Source: a virus (Duplodnaviria; Caudoviricetes). From it: a stretch of 50,029 bases of DNA. The position numbers and the translations under genes were made by a program. Shown in pieces: positions 9,668 to 20,537 of the stretch. Within the stretch, counting starts at the first letter, position 1, and each line of letters begins with the position of its first letter. The DNA lies in the IMG/VR virus record IMGVR_UViG_3300016471_000329, positions 1-50,029 of that record; one strand, written 5' to 3'. The notes under the pieces were generated by a model. It had not been told where the DNA came from and searched no databases. It worked only from the letters and a program-made list of their open reading frames with translations.

Positions 9668-10120
9668 TTAAGAGGCTTGCGTAAAGGTGATGCCAGCAGC
9701 AACCGCGCAAAATCCCTTAGCAAACCAATTTGTACCGTCGCTGATGACAGTGACCATATCGCCAGCCACTGCTTGGCCATCAACAAAAGAAATGGTGTCA
9801 TCCGCAGTGCCCGTGTCACCAGCTACGCCAGCAGCATTAACGGCTTGGCCTTTGATAATGTTTGCACTTGACGCCGTTACAACCGTGTAACTAGCGCCAG
9901 AAGGAGCTGTTTTAACGATGAAAGTATAGGTCAGTCCGGCAGCGGGGGCAGGCAGCGTTGTTGCAAACTCGGTGGCGGCGTTTAGGAAAAACGTGGTGCC
10001 AGATTGAGCAGCAGTCAATGTGGAAGCAGCAGTCAGCTCGGTGTAGGCAACTGCGCCTGTGATGTTGCCGATAAACCCATTGTCAGATATGACTGGGCCG
10101 CTAAAGGTTGTGTTCGCCAT
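9668..10120 (-). CDS. putative capsid decoration/head fibre protein
   Basis: MANTTFSGPV.SDNGF N-terminus typical of the gene following the capsid gene; TLPAPAAGLTYTFIV beta domain. Confidence 0.6.
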   Translation of the reverse strand: MANTTFSGPVISDNGFIGNITGAVAYTELTAASTLTAAQSGTTFFLNAATEFATTLPAPAAGLTYTFIVKTAPSGASYTVVTASSANIIKGQAVNAAGVAGDTGTADDTISFVDGQAVAGDMVTVISDGTNWFAKGFCAVAAGITFTQAS

Positions 10121-10123
10121 TAG

Positions 10124-10199
10124 ATCCTCACATGCGATATCGGTGTATTAGTCTGCATGTCGTCAGCCGGGACTGTCTAATACACCGGGCTAACCCCGG
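10124..10199 (-). promoter_or_regulatory. structured 5' leader (candidate pseudoknot abutting the SD)
   Basis: perfect 11-bp stem 10141-10151/10177-10187; loop bases 10155-10160 complementary to 10130-10135, next to GAGGA SD. Confidence 0.5.
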
Positions 10200-10217
10200 A
10201 ATACAGGCACTGTAGCA

Positions 10218-11147
10218 CTATGGCGCGGAGGATGCAACGTTCGTTCTATTTGCCATAAAAAGACTTCTTCCTTCTTCAGATGCCCATGATTGTTTCATTT
10301 GTACTGACTTTGACAAAGCACGCTCCAACGCTCCGCAAGATGGGCATCCACGTCCCTTGCGAAACTGAGCAGCGTATTGGGAAAAAACACCGTGAATTGG
10401 ACACATACATCCTTCAATCCTGATTAAGGCACCTTGATATACGGCGTTCGTAAAATCGTACTTATCCAAAACCTCTGACGGAAACTTGTTCTTTACAGCG
10501 TCAAAGTCCGACGGATGTTGTTCCCTAGCGTTTTTACGCATGACCTCACGAATCTTTGCCAGCCCCTCTTCGGTATAGGTTCTGGGTTTTTTAGGCACAT
10601 CCTTTTGAGCTCTTGATATCTTCGCCTTTGTCTCATCCGTTCTTATTTTTCCAAGCCAAAAACGCTGAGGGTTTTGCTTTTTCTTGGCTCGAATCCGTTC
10701 CTTAGTTTCCTCGCTATGAGTCTTTCCGACGCGGGGGTGATTAAAGTAGCTTTGAGCATAGTGGGCTTTAAGCGCCTCTGCGATTTGACGTCTTTGTTCT
10801 TGGGTAACGATTCGGCCAAAGTTTGGGTGATTTTCTGGGGCAACGTTTCTCCAGGGGGCACCTGATCGTCTTCCTGCGTTGTAACAATAAGCTTTCCCGA
10901 AATGTTCTTCCAACCACCTGTTCTCAGCTTCCTGAAGGGAGTTTCCCTCTGGAACCGTTTCTACGACCTTAAAAAGAAATTTCTCTTCCCCGTATTTGTT
11001 CCATGCCGCTTGCAAGTGAGCACAATGGTGAGTGCCCCTTCTAAGCTTGTTTCGATGTGTTCGAAACCGTTCTCTGTGGTTGTTTGTGCTGCCTACATAA
11101 AACTTATCATTTACAGCGTTAACAATTTTATAGATGACTTGATTCAT
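10218..11147 (-). CDS. free-standing GIY-YIG homing endonuclease with NUMOD3-like repeats and C-terminal Cys cluster
   Basis: VIYKIVN...FYVGS...RF..H...HLQAAWNKYG catalytic domain; GKTHSEETKERI and GKIRTDETKAKIS repeats; CPIHG...GCPSC; start set at MNQVIY because the longer GTG start lies inside the promoter. Confidence 0.9.
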   Translation of the reverse strand: MNQVIYKIVNAVNDKFYVGSTNNHRERFRTHRNKLRRGTHHCAHLQAAWNKYGEEKFLFKVVETVPEGNSLQEAENRWLEEHFGKAYCYNAGRRSGAPWRNVAPENHPNFGRIVTQEQRRQIAEALKAHYAQSYFNHPRVGKTHSEETKERIRAKKKQNPQRFWLGKIRTDETKAKISRAQKDVPKKPRTYTEEGLAKIREVMRKNAREQHPSDFDAVKNKFPSEVLDKYDFTNAVYQGALIRIEGCMCPIHGVFSQYAAQFRKGRGCPSCGALERALSKSVQMKQSWASEEGRSLFMANRTNVASSAP

Positions 11148-11177
11148 TTGATGTCCGGTATTAAGTAAGGTATGTCT

Positions 11178-11206
11178 AATGTACACTCCGTGTAGTCAAT
11201 AGTCAA
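11178..11206 (-). promoter_or_regulatory. sigma70-like promoter for the GIY-YIG gene
   Basis: TTGACT-17 bp-TACATT on the minus strand. Confidence 0.65.
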
Positions 11207-11208
11207 AT

Positions 11209-11234
11209 AAAAAGGCCACCTTTCGGTGGCCTTT
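11209..11234 (-). terminator. intrinsic terminator after major capsid gene
   Basis: AAAGGCCACC-GAAA-GGTGGCCTTTTT hairpin with U tract. Confidence 0.85.
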
Positions 11235-11236
11235 GC

Positions 11237-11249
11237 TAAGTAGTTGATT
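11237..11249 (-). promoter_or_regulatory. IHF consensus site
   Basis: AATCAACTACTTA matches WATCAANNNNTTR. Confidence 0.4.
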
Positions 11250-11261
11250 TACCTAGTGTTT

Positions 11262-12170
11262 TTATGCAGCTCCAGGGCTTCCGAAGATGCCTCTAGGATC
11301 AGAGTATCCGAACGAGTACCGCTCACGAGCCTTATAGCGGACGTTTCCGGTACTAAAGTCGCCCTCAAAACCAGTGCGCATAGCCACGCGCTCAAACATC
11401 TTCATGCCGTTAGGTGCATCCGTTTTGATGAAGTATGCATCTGGGTCGGTCAGGAAGTGGTTGACCACATAGCCTTGGGGGATCATGCCCATGTTCTTGA
11501 TGGCATTGATGTCGTTGTCTGCCGTTCCAACACGCAGCGTGGACTTCATGATGCGATCAGCGGTAAACATGAGCTCTTTCGGAATGATCAGCTTCAGACC
11601 CTGAACAGCGATCTTCAAGCCACGTTCATCGGTGAACGCTGCGATGTCGATCAAGGACTGCTCAAGCGAAGTTTCCGAAAGGTCAGCAGGGGTAGCCAGC
11701 TCGTTAGCAAGATCAGGACCGCCAAGGGTCGGGTGATCCAGCGCGCACAAGGGCTTGCCGTCGCCACCGAGTGAGGTAGTGAAAGCACCGTTGAGCACCG
11801 CAGCAGCTTTGATCTGCTTGGTTTGCGCCATGGAACGAGCCAAAGCCTTGGTATAACGCGCTGCAAGACGGTCGTAGAGGTTGTCCTCAACGGCTTCTTC
11901 AGTCAGCGAAAATGCCAAAGCGATGGTTTCGTGGGTGTAGCGAGCGGTGTAAACCTCTTGCGCGTTGTCGTATGCGACGCCAGCGCCTTCAGTCTTGACC
12001 GGAGCCTCACCGAACCCGGATTCCATGACTTCCTCTTCAAACGCACGATCAGAAGACTCGACAGCATAAATCTGCAAGTGTTCATTCTCGTAGTTCTTAT
12101 ACTCCAGGCCAAAAAGAGCGTTGAGTCCAGGCTCAAGTTCTTTAACCAGTTGGGCACGTGAAATTGCCAT
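11262..12170 (-). CDS. major capsid protein
   Basis: 302 aa; MAISRAQLVKELEPGLNALFG...ARYTHETIALAFSLTEEA.EDNLY...GNVRYKARERYSFG.SDPRG (Mu gpT-like HK97-fold family); downstream of scaffold, followed by terminator. Confidence 0.9.
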   Translation of the reverse strand: MAISRAQLVKELEPGLNALFGLEYKNYENEHLQIYAVESSDRAFEEEVMESGFGEAPVKTEGAGVAYDNAQEVYTARYTHETIALAFSLTEEAVEDNLYDRLAARYTKALARSMAQTKQIKAAAVLNGAFTTSLGGDGKPLCALDHPTLGGPDLANELATPADLSETSLEQSLIDIAAFTDERGLKIAVQGLKLIIPKELMFTADRIMKSTLRVGTADNDINAIKNMGMIPQGYVVNHFLTDPDAYFIKTDAPNGMKMFERVAMRTGFEGDFSTGNVRYKARERYSFGYSDPRGIFGSPGAA

Positions 12171-12181
12171 GATTCAGCTCC

Positions 12182-12751
12182 TTAAACGCCTGCCACGCCG
12201 CCACTGCTGTAGCTGTGGTTGTTAATCTTCACAACGAGTTGGGCATATGCGCCAAACTCATTGGCCGGATCGGCATACAAGCCAATGATTTTTAGCGTAA
12301 GACCTGCTGTGTTGGCAGGAGCGCCGCTGGTCGTCATGGCTGATTGGCCTGTGGTCGTGCTACCTGATCCATAGGCCACATACACGTTCTTGCCAATGTC
12401 TGTCTGGGCAATCGCGGTGTTGTCAGCTTGAATCAAGAACAACTGACTGGGGTCATCAACAATGTCAGCCTGAATGTCAACGGTGTACGCAGCATTCGCG
12501 ATGAACTTGTTGGACCAAGTTGGTTTGCCGGTTACTGGGTCATTGTAATAGCACCCATTAAACACGCCAACCGAGGATTGGGTGTTTGCGCTGACGCGCT
12601 CGATGTAACCAGCTACGATTCGGACTAGGTCACCTTGAAAAATATTGGTGCCGTAGTCCTCTTTGATCAGGTAACCGTACTGCTTTTGCGCCCCTGTTGC
12701 GGACAGGTTTCCGAGTGGACGCATTCCAAAAGGCTTATTGGTATTAGCCAT
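12182..12751 (-). CDS. capsid-associated (decoration/cement) protein
   Basis: MAN...PFG.RP...IFQGDLV...GVFNGC.Y.DP signature; directly upstream of capsid gene. Confidence 0.6.
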   Translation of the reverse strand: MANTNKPFGMRPLGNLSATGAQKQYGYLIKEDYGTNIFQGDLVRIVAGYIERVSANTQSSVGVFNGCYYNDPVTGKPTWSNKFIANAAYTVDIQADIVDDPSQLFLIQADNTAIAQTDIGKNVYVAYGSGSTTTGQSAMTTSGAPANTAGLTLKIIGLYADPANEFGAYAQLVVKINNHSYSSGGVAGV

Positions 12752-12772
12752 TTGTCGTTCCTTTTAAAAGAG

Positions 12773-13279
12773 TTAAGTTTCAGCCGAAGGTCGGCTGCCA
12801 AACGTCGTGCGAGAGCGGCGTTCAGGAGCGTTGATGCGCATTGAATCGTGCGCGTTGGACTTCAACAACTCGTTGTCAATCGCTCTTTGTTGATCGCGTG
12901 CTCGGTTCAGGTAATACGCGTTGCGTTCCTGAGCGGTTTCCTCGGGGATACGGGCAAGGACTAAAGCGCCTACGCCAATCACACCCGCATGTCTGCCGTC
13001 GTCAATCGATGCGGAAGCAAAATCAGGATGCTCGTCAGCCCGCACAAGTTCATAGCCCTCGCGCAGTTTTGCTGTGATATTCATCCGATCATCAAACCCC
13101 ATCGTCTCGCGACGAATCCAGCGGTGCTTATATCCTTCCGGTGCCGGAGGAGCGTCTAATTTAGAAGGAGGTGCCCAGGGCTTACGGCGCGCAGTCTTCT
13201 CACGAGTCACTGCTGCTCGTGATTCACGGCGTAGTTTCGGCAACGCGGTTGCTGAAACGTCTTGTGTTTGCTCATCCAT
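12773..13279 (-). CDS. conserved head-module protein
   Basis: WAPPSKLDAPPAPEGYKHRWIR...REGYELVR...GVIGVG.LVLARIP signature. Confidence 0.65.
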   Translation of the reverse strand: MDEQTQDVSATALPKLRRESRAAVTREKTARRKPWAPPSKLDAPPAPEGYKHRWIRRETMGFDDRMNITAKLREGYELVRADEHPDFASASIDDGRHAGVIGVGALVLARIPEETAQERNAYYLNRARDQQRAIDNELLKSNAHDSMRINAPERRSRTTFGSRPSAET

Positions 13280-13282
13280 GGT

Positions 13283-14200
13283 TTATTCCTTCACGTACTT
13301 TGCGTATTCCTCTAACGGAACACCTAGTCTTTTGGCAATTGCGACCTGACTCGGGGTCAGTTTCACAGTGCGGCGTGCGCTTTGGTTCACACCCGAAGAG
13401 CGTGACGCAGGAGCAACCGTTTGCACGGGACGGTTGGCTGAACGGTTCATACTATCAGAACGAAACTTATGTGGGAAGGCGTCTTTGATGCGTCGATCCA
13501 ACTCTTCGTAGTAATCATCGCCTCGCGGATCAAAACCTTCTTGCGATACCAGCTGAATATGAATGCCTCGGACCGCTGCCGTCATTGCAACGTCCTTGCC
13601 AAACCACTCATTCTTCTCGGCCCATTCTTCAGCACGCGGATCGGGCTGCGGCAGTTGCGGACGAGCGGCTTGTTGTTGCTGATAAGCCTGCTGTTGTTGG
13701 GCCTGTGCTGCGCGCTGGTATTCATACGCCTCACGCTGCGCGGCTTCTTCTTGCAAGCGACGCTGATCAACAAGGATAGCGGTCAAACGCTCATGAGCTT
13801 CCGTTTCGGTGTCAATGTCACCTTCCTCACGGGCCTTTTTCATGATCTGCTTGAGCGCCAAAACTTGGGTATCAATACGGCCCTTGGCCTCGCCCATGCG
13901 CTGACTGTCGGCATGCACATAACGCTGCTCGGCATCGCGAATGCGAGCCTGCATCTCTTGCGCCACGCGAATCGCCTCTTGCTCACGACGCTCGGTTTCG
14001 CGCAAACGTGCGGTTAGCTTATCAATACGCTTTTGAACCTTGTCGCTGTACTGATCAAGGTCCTGACTAGTGGTCTGGTGTGTCTCGACCATCGGGGCTT
14101 GTGGCTTTTCAAGTTGCTCGGCACTACCATCTTCGTTAATCGAGACGGTTGCAGGCTCTTCGTCTTCGCCTAGCTTAAATTCCAGTTGTTCATTGGCCAT
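13283..14200 (-). CDS. putative capsid scaffolding protein
   Basis: acidic N-terminus, long coiled coil (VQKRIDKLT), WAEKNEWFG, C-terminal LTPSQVAIAKRLGVPLEEYAK; start at MANEQ. Confidence 0.7.
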   Translation of the reverse strand: MANEQLEFKLGEDEEPATVSINEDGSAEQLEKPQAPMVETHQTTSQDLDQYSDKVQKRIDKLTARLRETERREQEAIRVAQEMQARIRDAEQRYVHADSQRMGEAKGRIDTQVLALKQIMKKAREEGDIDTETEAHERLTAILVDQRRLQEEAAQREAYEYQRAAQAQQQQAYQQQQAARPQLPQPDPRAEEWAEKNEWFGKDVAMTAAVRGIHIQLVSQEGFDPRGDDYYEELDRRIKDAFPHKFRSDSMNRSANRPVQTVAPASRSSGVNQSARRTVKLTPSQVAIAKRLGVPLEEYAKYVKE

Positions 14201-14210
14201 AGGATGTTCC

Positions 14211-14663
14211 TTACATGTGGACGATATCTTGCGGGTCATTGATCACGCCGAGCACTTCGTCATCGTTGATGAAACGAATCTCGCCGCCGTCAATCGGGAT
14301 GCGCGCACCTGCGTAACGACCAAAGATGATCCAATCACCTTCCTTGCACCACGGGCCGTCAGGAAACTTCTCCTGGTCGTAGTAGGCAAGCGGTCCTAAA
14401 TGCAGCACGTAGCCCACGGTGGTAGCCACCTGGGTGCGCTTTTGGGTTTCCTCAGACAGAGCAATGCCGCCTTTGGTTTTCTGTACGCCGCGATAAGGCA
14501 GGATAGCGATACGCCATCCGGTTGGTCGTGGCAAACGACTCAGGACGCTGCCTTCGATCAACTGCGGATCAAAGTTGCCTTCCTTGTCATACGCATCGTC
14601 CAACGCGGGCTTGCGCTGGGCTTCTTGCTCCTGCCACTTCTGTTCAAGTGCCGTCAATGCCAT
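14211..14663 (-). CDS. groES: GroES-like co-chaperonin
   Basis: PTGWRIAILP...KTKGGIAL mobile loop, GPLAY, WCKEGDWIIFGRYAG, RFINDDEVLG. Confidence 0.9.
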   Translation of the reverse strand: MALTALEQKWQEQEAQRKPALDDAYDKEGNFDPQLIEGSVLSRLPRPTGWRIAILPYRGVQKTKGGIALSEETQKRTQVATTVGYVLHLGPLAYYDQEKFPDGPWCKEGDWIIFGRYAGARIPIDGGEIRFINDDEVLGVINDPQDIVHM

Positions 14664-14851
14664 CAGAGATTCTCCTCTCGCTCGTTTAAAAGATCTTTGA
14701 CCGTGACCTCAACAAGCTTGAGTGCCTCTAAGCGACCCATCAGAAAACGATATCGTTCCATATCAGGAACCGATCCGTTAAGCACGAGTCCCTCCGTGCT
14801 CTCACGTAGTGTTCTAATTTCTCTCAGTATGCGTTCGACTAAGTCAAGCAT
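14663..14851 (-). CDS. small conserved protein upstream of groES
   Basis: MLDLVERIL...G.VPDMERYRFLMGRLEAL; start at ATG 14851. Confidence 0.65.
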   Translation of the reverse strand: MLDLVERILREIRTLRESTEGLVLNGSVPDMERYRFLMGRLEALKLVEVTVKDLLNEREENL

Positions 14852-14905
14852 GGTCACAGCCCATGAAAAAGCAGGTGGTTTAGCCCCCACCAGAAGGGCT
14901 CGGAA

Positions 14906-15205
14906 TTAGCAAATGCGGGTTTTCTTTGTCCGCGTCACTTTACCCTGGCCACGGCTGGTCACAAGACCGCCTTTTTTGTAGCCTGCCTCCTGATAGGCTT
15001 CGTATTCACGTGCCTTTTCAGGTACCTCTTCCATCATTTTACGTCCCTCTTTGATTTCATCCCGAGCAGACTTTGCTGCTGTCGTAGAAATCTTAGACAA
15101 AAGATCGCTTTCGCCTTCGATGCCTTTACGCGTCATTTCACGCGCTTTTTCCATCTTGGCTTTCTCGCTTGCAGTAGGCTTGCGGTACGTCATGGGCATG
15201 ATCAA
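14906..15205 (-). CDS. small charged hypothetical protein
   Basis: ORF ending YKKGGLVTSRGQGK...KKTRIC. Confidence 0.6.
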   Translation of the reverse strand: MIMPMTYRKPTASEKAKMEKAREMTRKGIEGESDLLSKISTTAAKSARDEIKEGRKMMEEVPEKAREYEAYQEAGYKKGGLVTSRGQGKVTRTKKTRIC

Positions 15206-15210
15206 AGCTC

Positions 15211-15471
15211 CTAGTAGATTTTCACAGGACGATTGCCGTCCTTTTTCTTGACCGTCATAAACGGACCTTGCACACCGGCAGGGGTGCTGCCAGCCTTGTA
15301 CTTACGTGATTTGCCTGCGGCGCTGTAGGCAATGGCAGCAGCCTGCTTGATGGCAGCGCCCCTGTTCTTGGGCTTGCTGGTGCCGATCGACCCCGTTTCC
15401 TTGTACTTCTTGATCATCTCGCCAATGTTGCCTGAGATGACCTTTTGGCTCTTGCCTTGTTTAAGCGGCAT
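15211..15471 (-). CDS. small basic conserved phage protein
   Basis: MPLKQGKSQKVISGNI.E...KQAAAIAYSAAGK; start overlaps portal stop. Confidence 0.65.
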   Translation of the reverse strand: MPLKQGKSQKVISGNIGEMIKKYKETGSIGTSKPKNRGAAIKQAAAIAYSAAGKSRKYKAGSTPAGVQGPFMTVKKKDGNRPVKIY

Positions 15472-17872
15472 CGCGACTTCTCCGTTGGTTGATCGCCTGC
15501 ACTTGCTGTGCGCGGCGGGCGTTTTGATCCATGATGGCTGCGCGCTCGCGTGCAACCGTAGCACGCTCGGCAGCGATGCGCTCTTGCGATTGAATACGCG
15601 CCTGATTGGCTTGTTGATTGGCCTGTGTGCGCTGTTGCTCGACCATCAAACGCTGCTTATCAATTTGCTGTTGGGCTTGGTCGTCTTGCGCACGGATCTG
15701 GAGCTCTTTTTCTTTGAGCATGACCAATGGATCAGGGCCCTGGCCTTGGTTGCCCATCAACTGGTTCTGGAGATCGCGAATCTCCTGCATGTACATGGCA
15801 GTCTTTAGCGCAATCGACGCTTCACGCTGTAAATCAGACACCATGCGGTCAGGATCTTTGCCATAGGCCATAAAGAGCTCGGCTTCGGTCGCTTCTTCGG
15901 CCTTCAAGCGCACATGCTCAAGGATGTGCTTTTGCAAAATCATCGCAGCCATGGGCTGCGCCTGCAACATGGGCGATAGACCAATCATCAGGTGCGATGC
16001 GATGTGCGCATCGTGCTGTTGCCCTGCAAAAGCCTTCAATTCCATCGCATCCAACACGTCACCGTTCTCCGTTGCCGGATCCTTGGGCATTTGTGTGCGC
16101 TGCGGCTTCAAAATGCTGTCGATATCGCGCACATTCATCGCGGTATAGACGCGATAGTAGGCCTCATAGAGGTTGTGCATCTGCGGTGCGGTCTGCGCCA
16201 TCTGCAACTGCATCTGGGCAAGCGTTAAACGCTGGGCCGAGGAGAAAATATTAGGATCGGAGACCGGCTGGACGGCAATAAGGTTGTTGAAGTCCGCTTT
16301 TTTGATCTTTCTCGACGCTCCTGGCACGTCATAGGGGTACTCATCTGGCAAATACATGCCAAAGCCCTCAGCCAGCAGCTGAAATTCCTCTTTTAATGCG
16401 TAATGCAGCCGTTTGTGGATGGCCGACATGACCTGCGTGCCGCGTTCAAGCAGTGCAAGCGTCGTTCCGACCTGCGCCATCTGGTTGCCATCGCCCACTT
16501 GCATGTCGGCGATGCTGGCAAGACGTCTTCCGGCGTCTACACAGAACCCAAGTAGGGCAAAAAGCGTCTGCGAAGGCTCTTTGTAGGGCAAAGGCAGCAT
16601 GTTTTGCTGCAATTCCGCGCCACCTACGTCAATATCGCGCCATTCTCCAGGCTGAATCGGGTTGTCTTGGTCCGCGATCCGTGCGCCTTTGGCCTTGAAC
16701 CCTGCTGGAAGGTTCGATAAGGTGCCTGCATCAAGCAATTGACGCAGTGCAGCAGTGGCAGTCTTCGATAAACCACCCACCAAATGCACAAAACCCAAGC
16801 CATACGACCCAAGGCCCTCGATTAAGACGTAGTGAACGAAGTAATTGCGCCTGTTTTTGCGCTCATCGTCCTCTTTCCAGTTGCGTTTAACGCCAATAAC
16901 GCGCTTGGTTGCCTCATCAATCGTGATTACATAGGGCAATTTGATGCCTGTGGGCTCGCCTTTGTCGTTCGTATCCTCAAATCCTGGCAAATCGTAGTCC
17001 ACCTGGAACTCAAGCAAGAAGATTTCCTCGGGCGCACCGGTTTCCACAACACCCGTTTGCTTATCCACCTGATAACGGATCTGGCTTGCATCCGACGGAT
17101 AGAGCTCGCTTTCCACAATCACATCCAAATACTCGCCTGCGACCACGCGCTTGCGGTATTCGTTGGAGTCCATCGCAATACGATGCGTGATCCGTGGGCA
17201 TTGGCTCATGACGCTTGATCCGTAGTACGGAATAAACACGTCATCTGCCAGCACAAGCTTCGACACCATTCGATCTAGCTGGGCATCAAAGTAAACCTTC
17301 TTGAACACCGAGCCACCATAGCCCAGATAGAACATCGCCTGATCAAACTCAGGCGTGTATTCCTTCATGACGGTTGTGATCTGGTAGTTCATGAAGTCCT
17401 GCACGCGGCCTGCCTGCTGGAACTTGTCTAACGTCTCTTTGCCCAAAATCTCCGTGCGCACAGGGCCATTGGCGGGCATGAGTTCCTTGGTCGCTTGCGC
17501 CTGGAACTGGACCACAGCTTCCATAAGCAACGGATGGGTTGCCGCTGCCGCGCCTCTGAATGGCTTGGTGCGCTCCTCAAATCTCATGCCTAAGAGATCA
17601 AGGCCCTTGGCATAGGTCTGCTCCCAATCGGAGCGGCTCGACTTATCGGCCTCGAAGAAGGCAGAAAGGTCAATGGCGATCTTGGATAAGATGTCATCGT
17701 CCAAGACTTCTGCCAGATTGGCGTAGAAGTCAACACCATCGCCTTCGTCTTCTCCAATCTCGATCGTCGCGCCACCGTCCTCATCAAGGATGATCTCGAT
17801 ATCAGGCGCATCACCCGACTCGATCTCGATCGAGGTCTGCGGGGCTTCGTAGAGGGCTTTGTCGATGGGCAT
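15461..17872 (-). CDS. portal protein
   Basis: 803 aa; FYANLAE, SRSDWE, HPLLMEAVVQFQAQA, GSVFKKVY, LLDAGTLSNLPAGFKAKG, long C-terminal coiled coil (P22-like barrel); downstream of terL. Confidence 0.88.
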   Translation of the reverse strand: MPIDKALYEAPQTSIEIESGDAPDIEIILDEDGGATIEIGEDEGDGVDFYANLAEVLDDDILSKIAIDLSAFFEADKSSRSDWEQTYAKGLDLLGMRFEERTKPFRGAAAATHPLLMEAVVQFQAQATKELMPANGPVRTEILGKETLDKFQQAGRVQDFMNYQITTVMKEYTPEFDQAMFYLGYGGSVFKKVYFDAQLDRMVSKLVLADDVFIPYYGSSVMSQCPRITHRIAMDSNEYRKRVVAGEYLDVIVESELYPSDASQIRYQVDKQTGVVETGAPEEIFLLEFQVDYDLPGFEDTNDKGEPTGIKLPYVITIDEATKRVIGVKRNWKEDDERKNRRNYFVHYVLIEGLGSYGLGFVHLVGGLSKTATAALRQLLDAGTLSNLPAGFKAKGARIADQDNPIQPGEWRDIDVGGAELQQNMLPLPYKEPSQTLFALLGFCVDAGRRLASIADMQVGDGNQMAQVGTTLALLERGTQVMSAIHKRLHYALKEEFQLLAEGFGMYLPDEYPYDVPGASRKIKKADFNNLIAVQPVSDPNIFSSAQRLTLAQMQLQMAQTAPQMHNLYEAYYRVYTAMNVRDIDSILKPQRTQMPKDPATENGDVLDAMELKAFAGQQHDAHIASHLMIGLSPMLQAQPMAAMILQKHILEHVRLKAEEATEAELFMAYGKDPDRMVSDLQREASIALKTAMYMQEIRDLQNQLMGNQGQGPDPLVMLKEKELQIRAQDDQAQQQIDKQRLMVEQQRTQANQQANQARIQSQERIAAERATVARERAAIMDQNARRAQQVQAINQRRSRDAA

Positions 17873-17874
17873 GT

Positions 17875-20457
<2,583 letters not shown>

Positions 20458-20537
20458 CGCTGCTCCTTATTCATGGGGCGATTATCAGCCTAATAATACT
20501 CAAACTCAAGCTGTGTTGAAGACCCGATGCAAAAGCA

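Noticed and set aside
10152-10176. CUGACGA as a hammerhead ribozyme core
   Set aside because: No GAAA after the putative stem II and no matching stem III.
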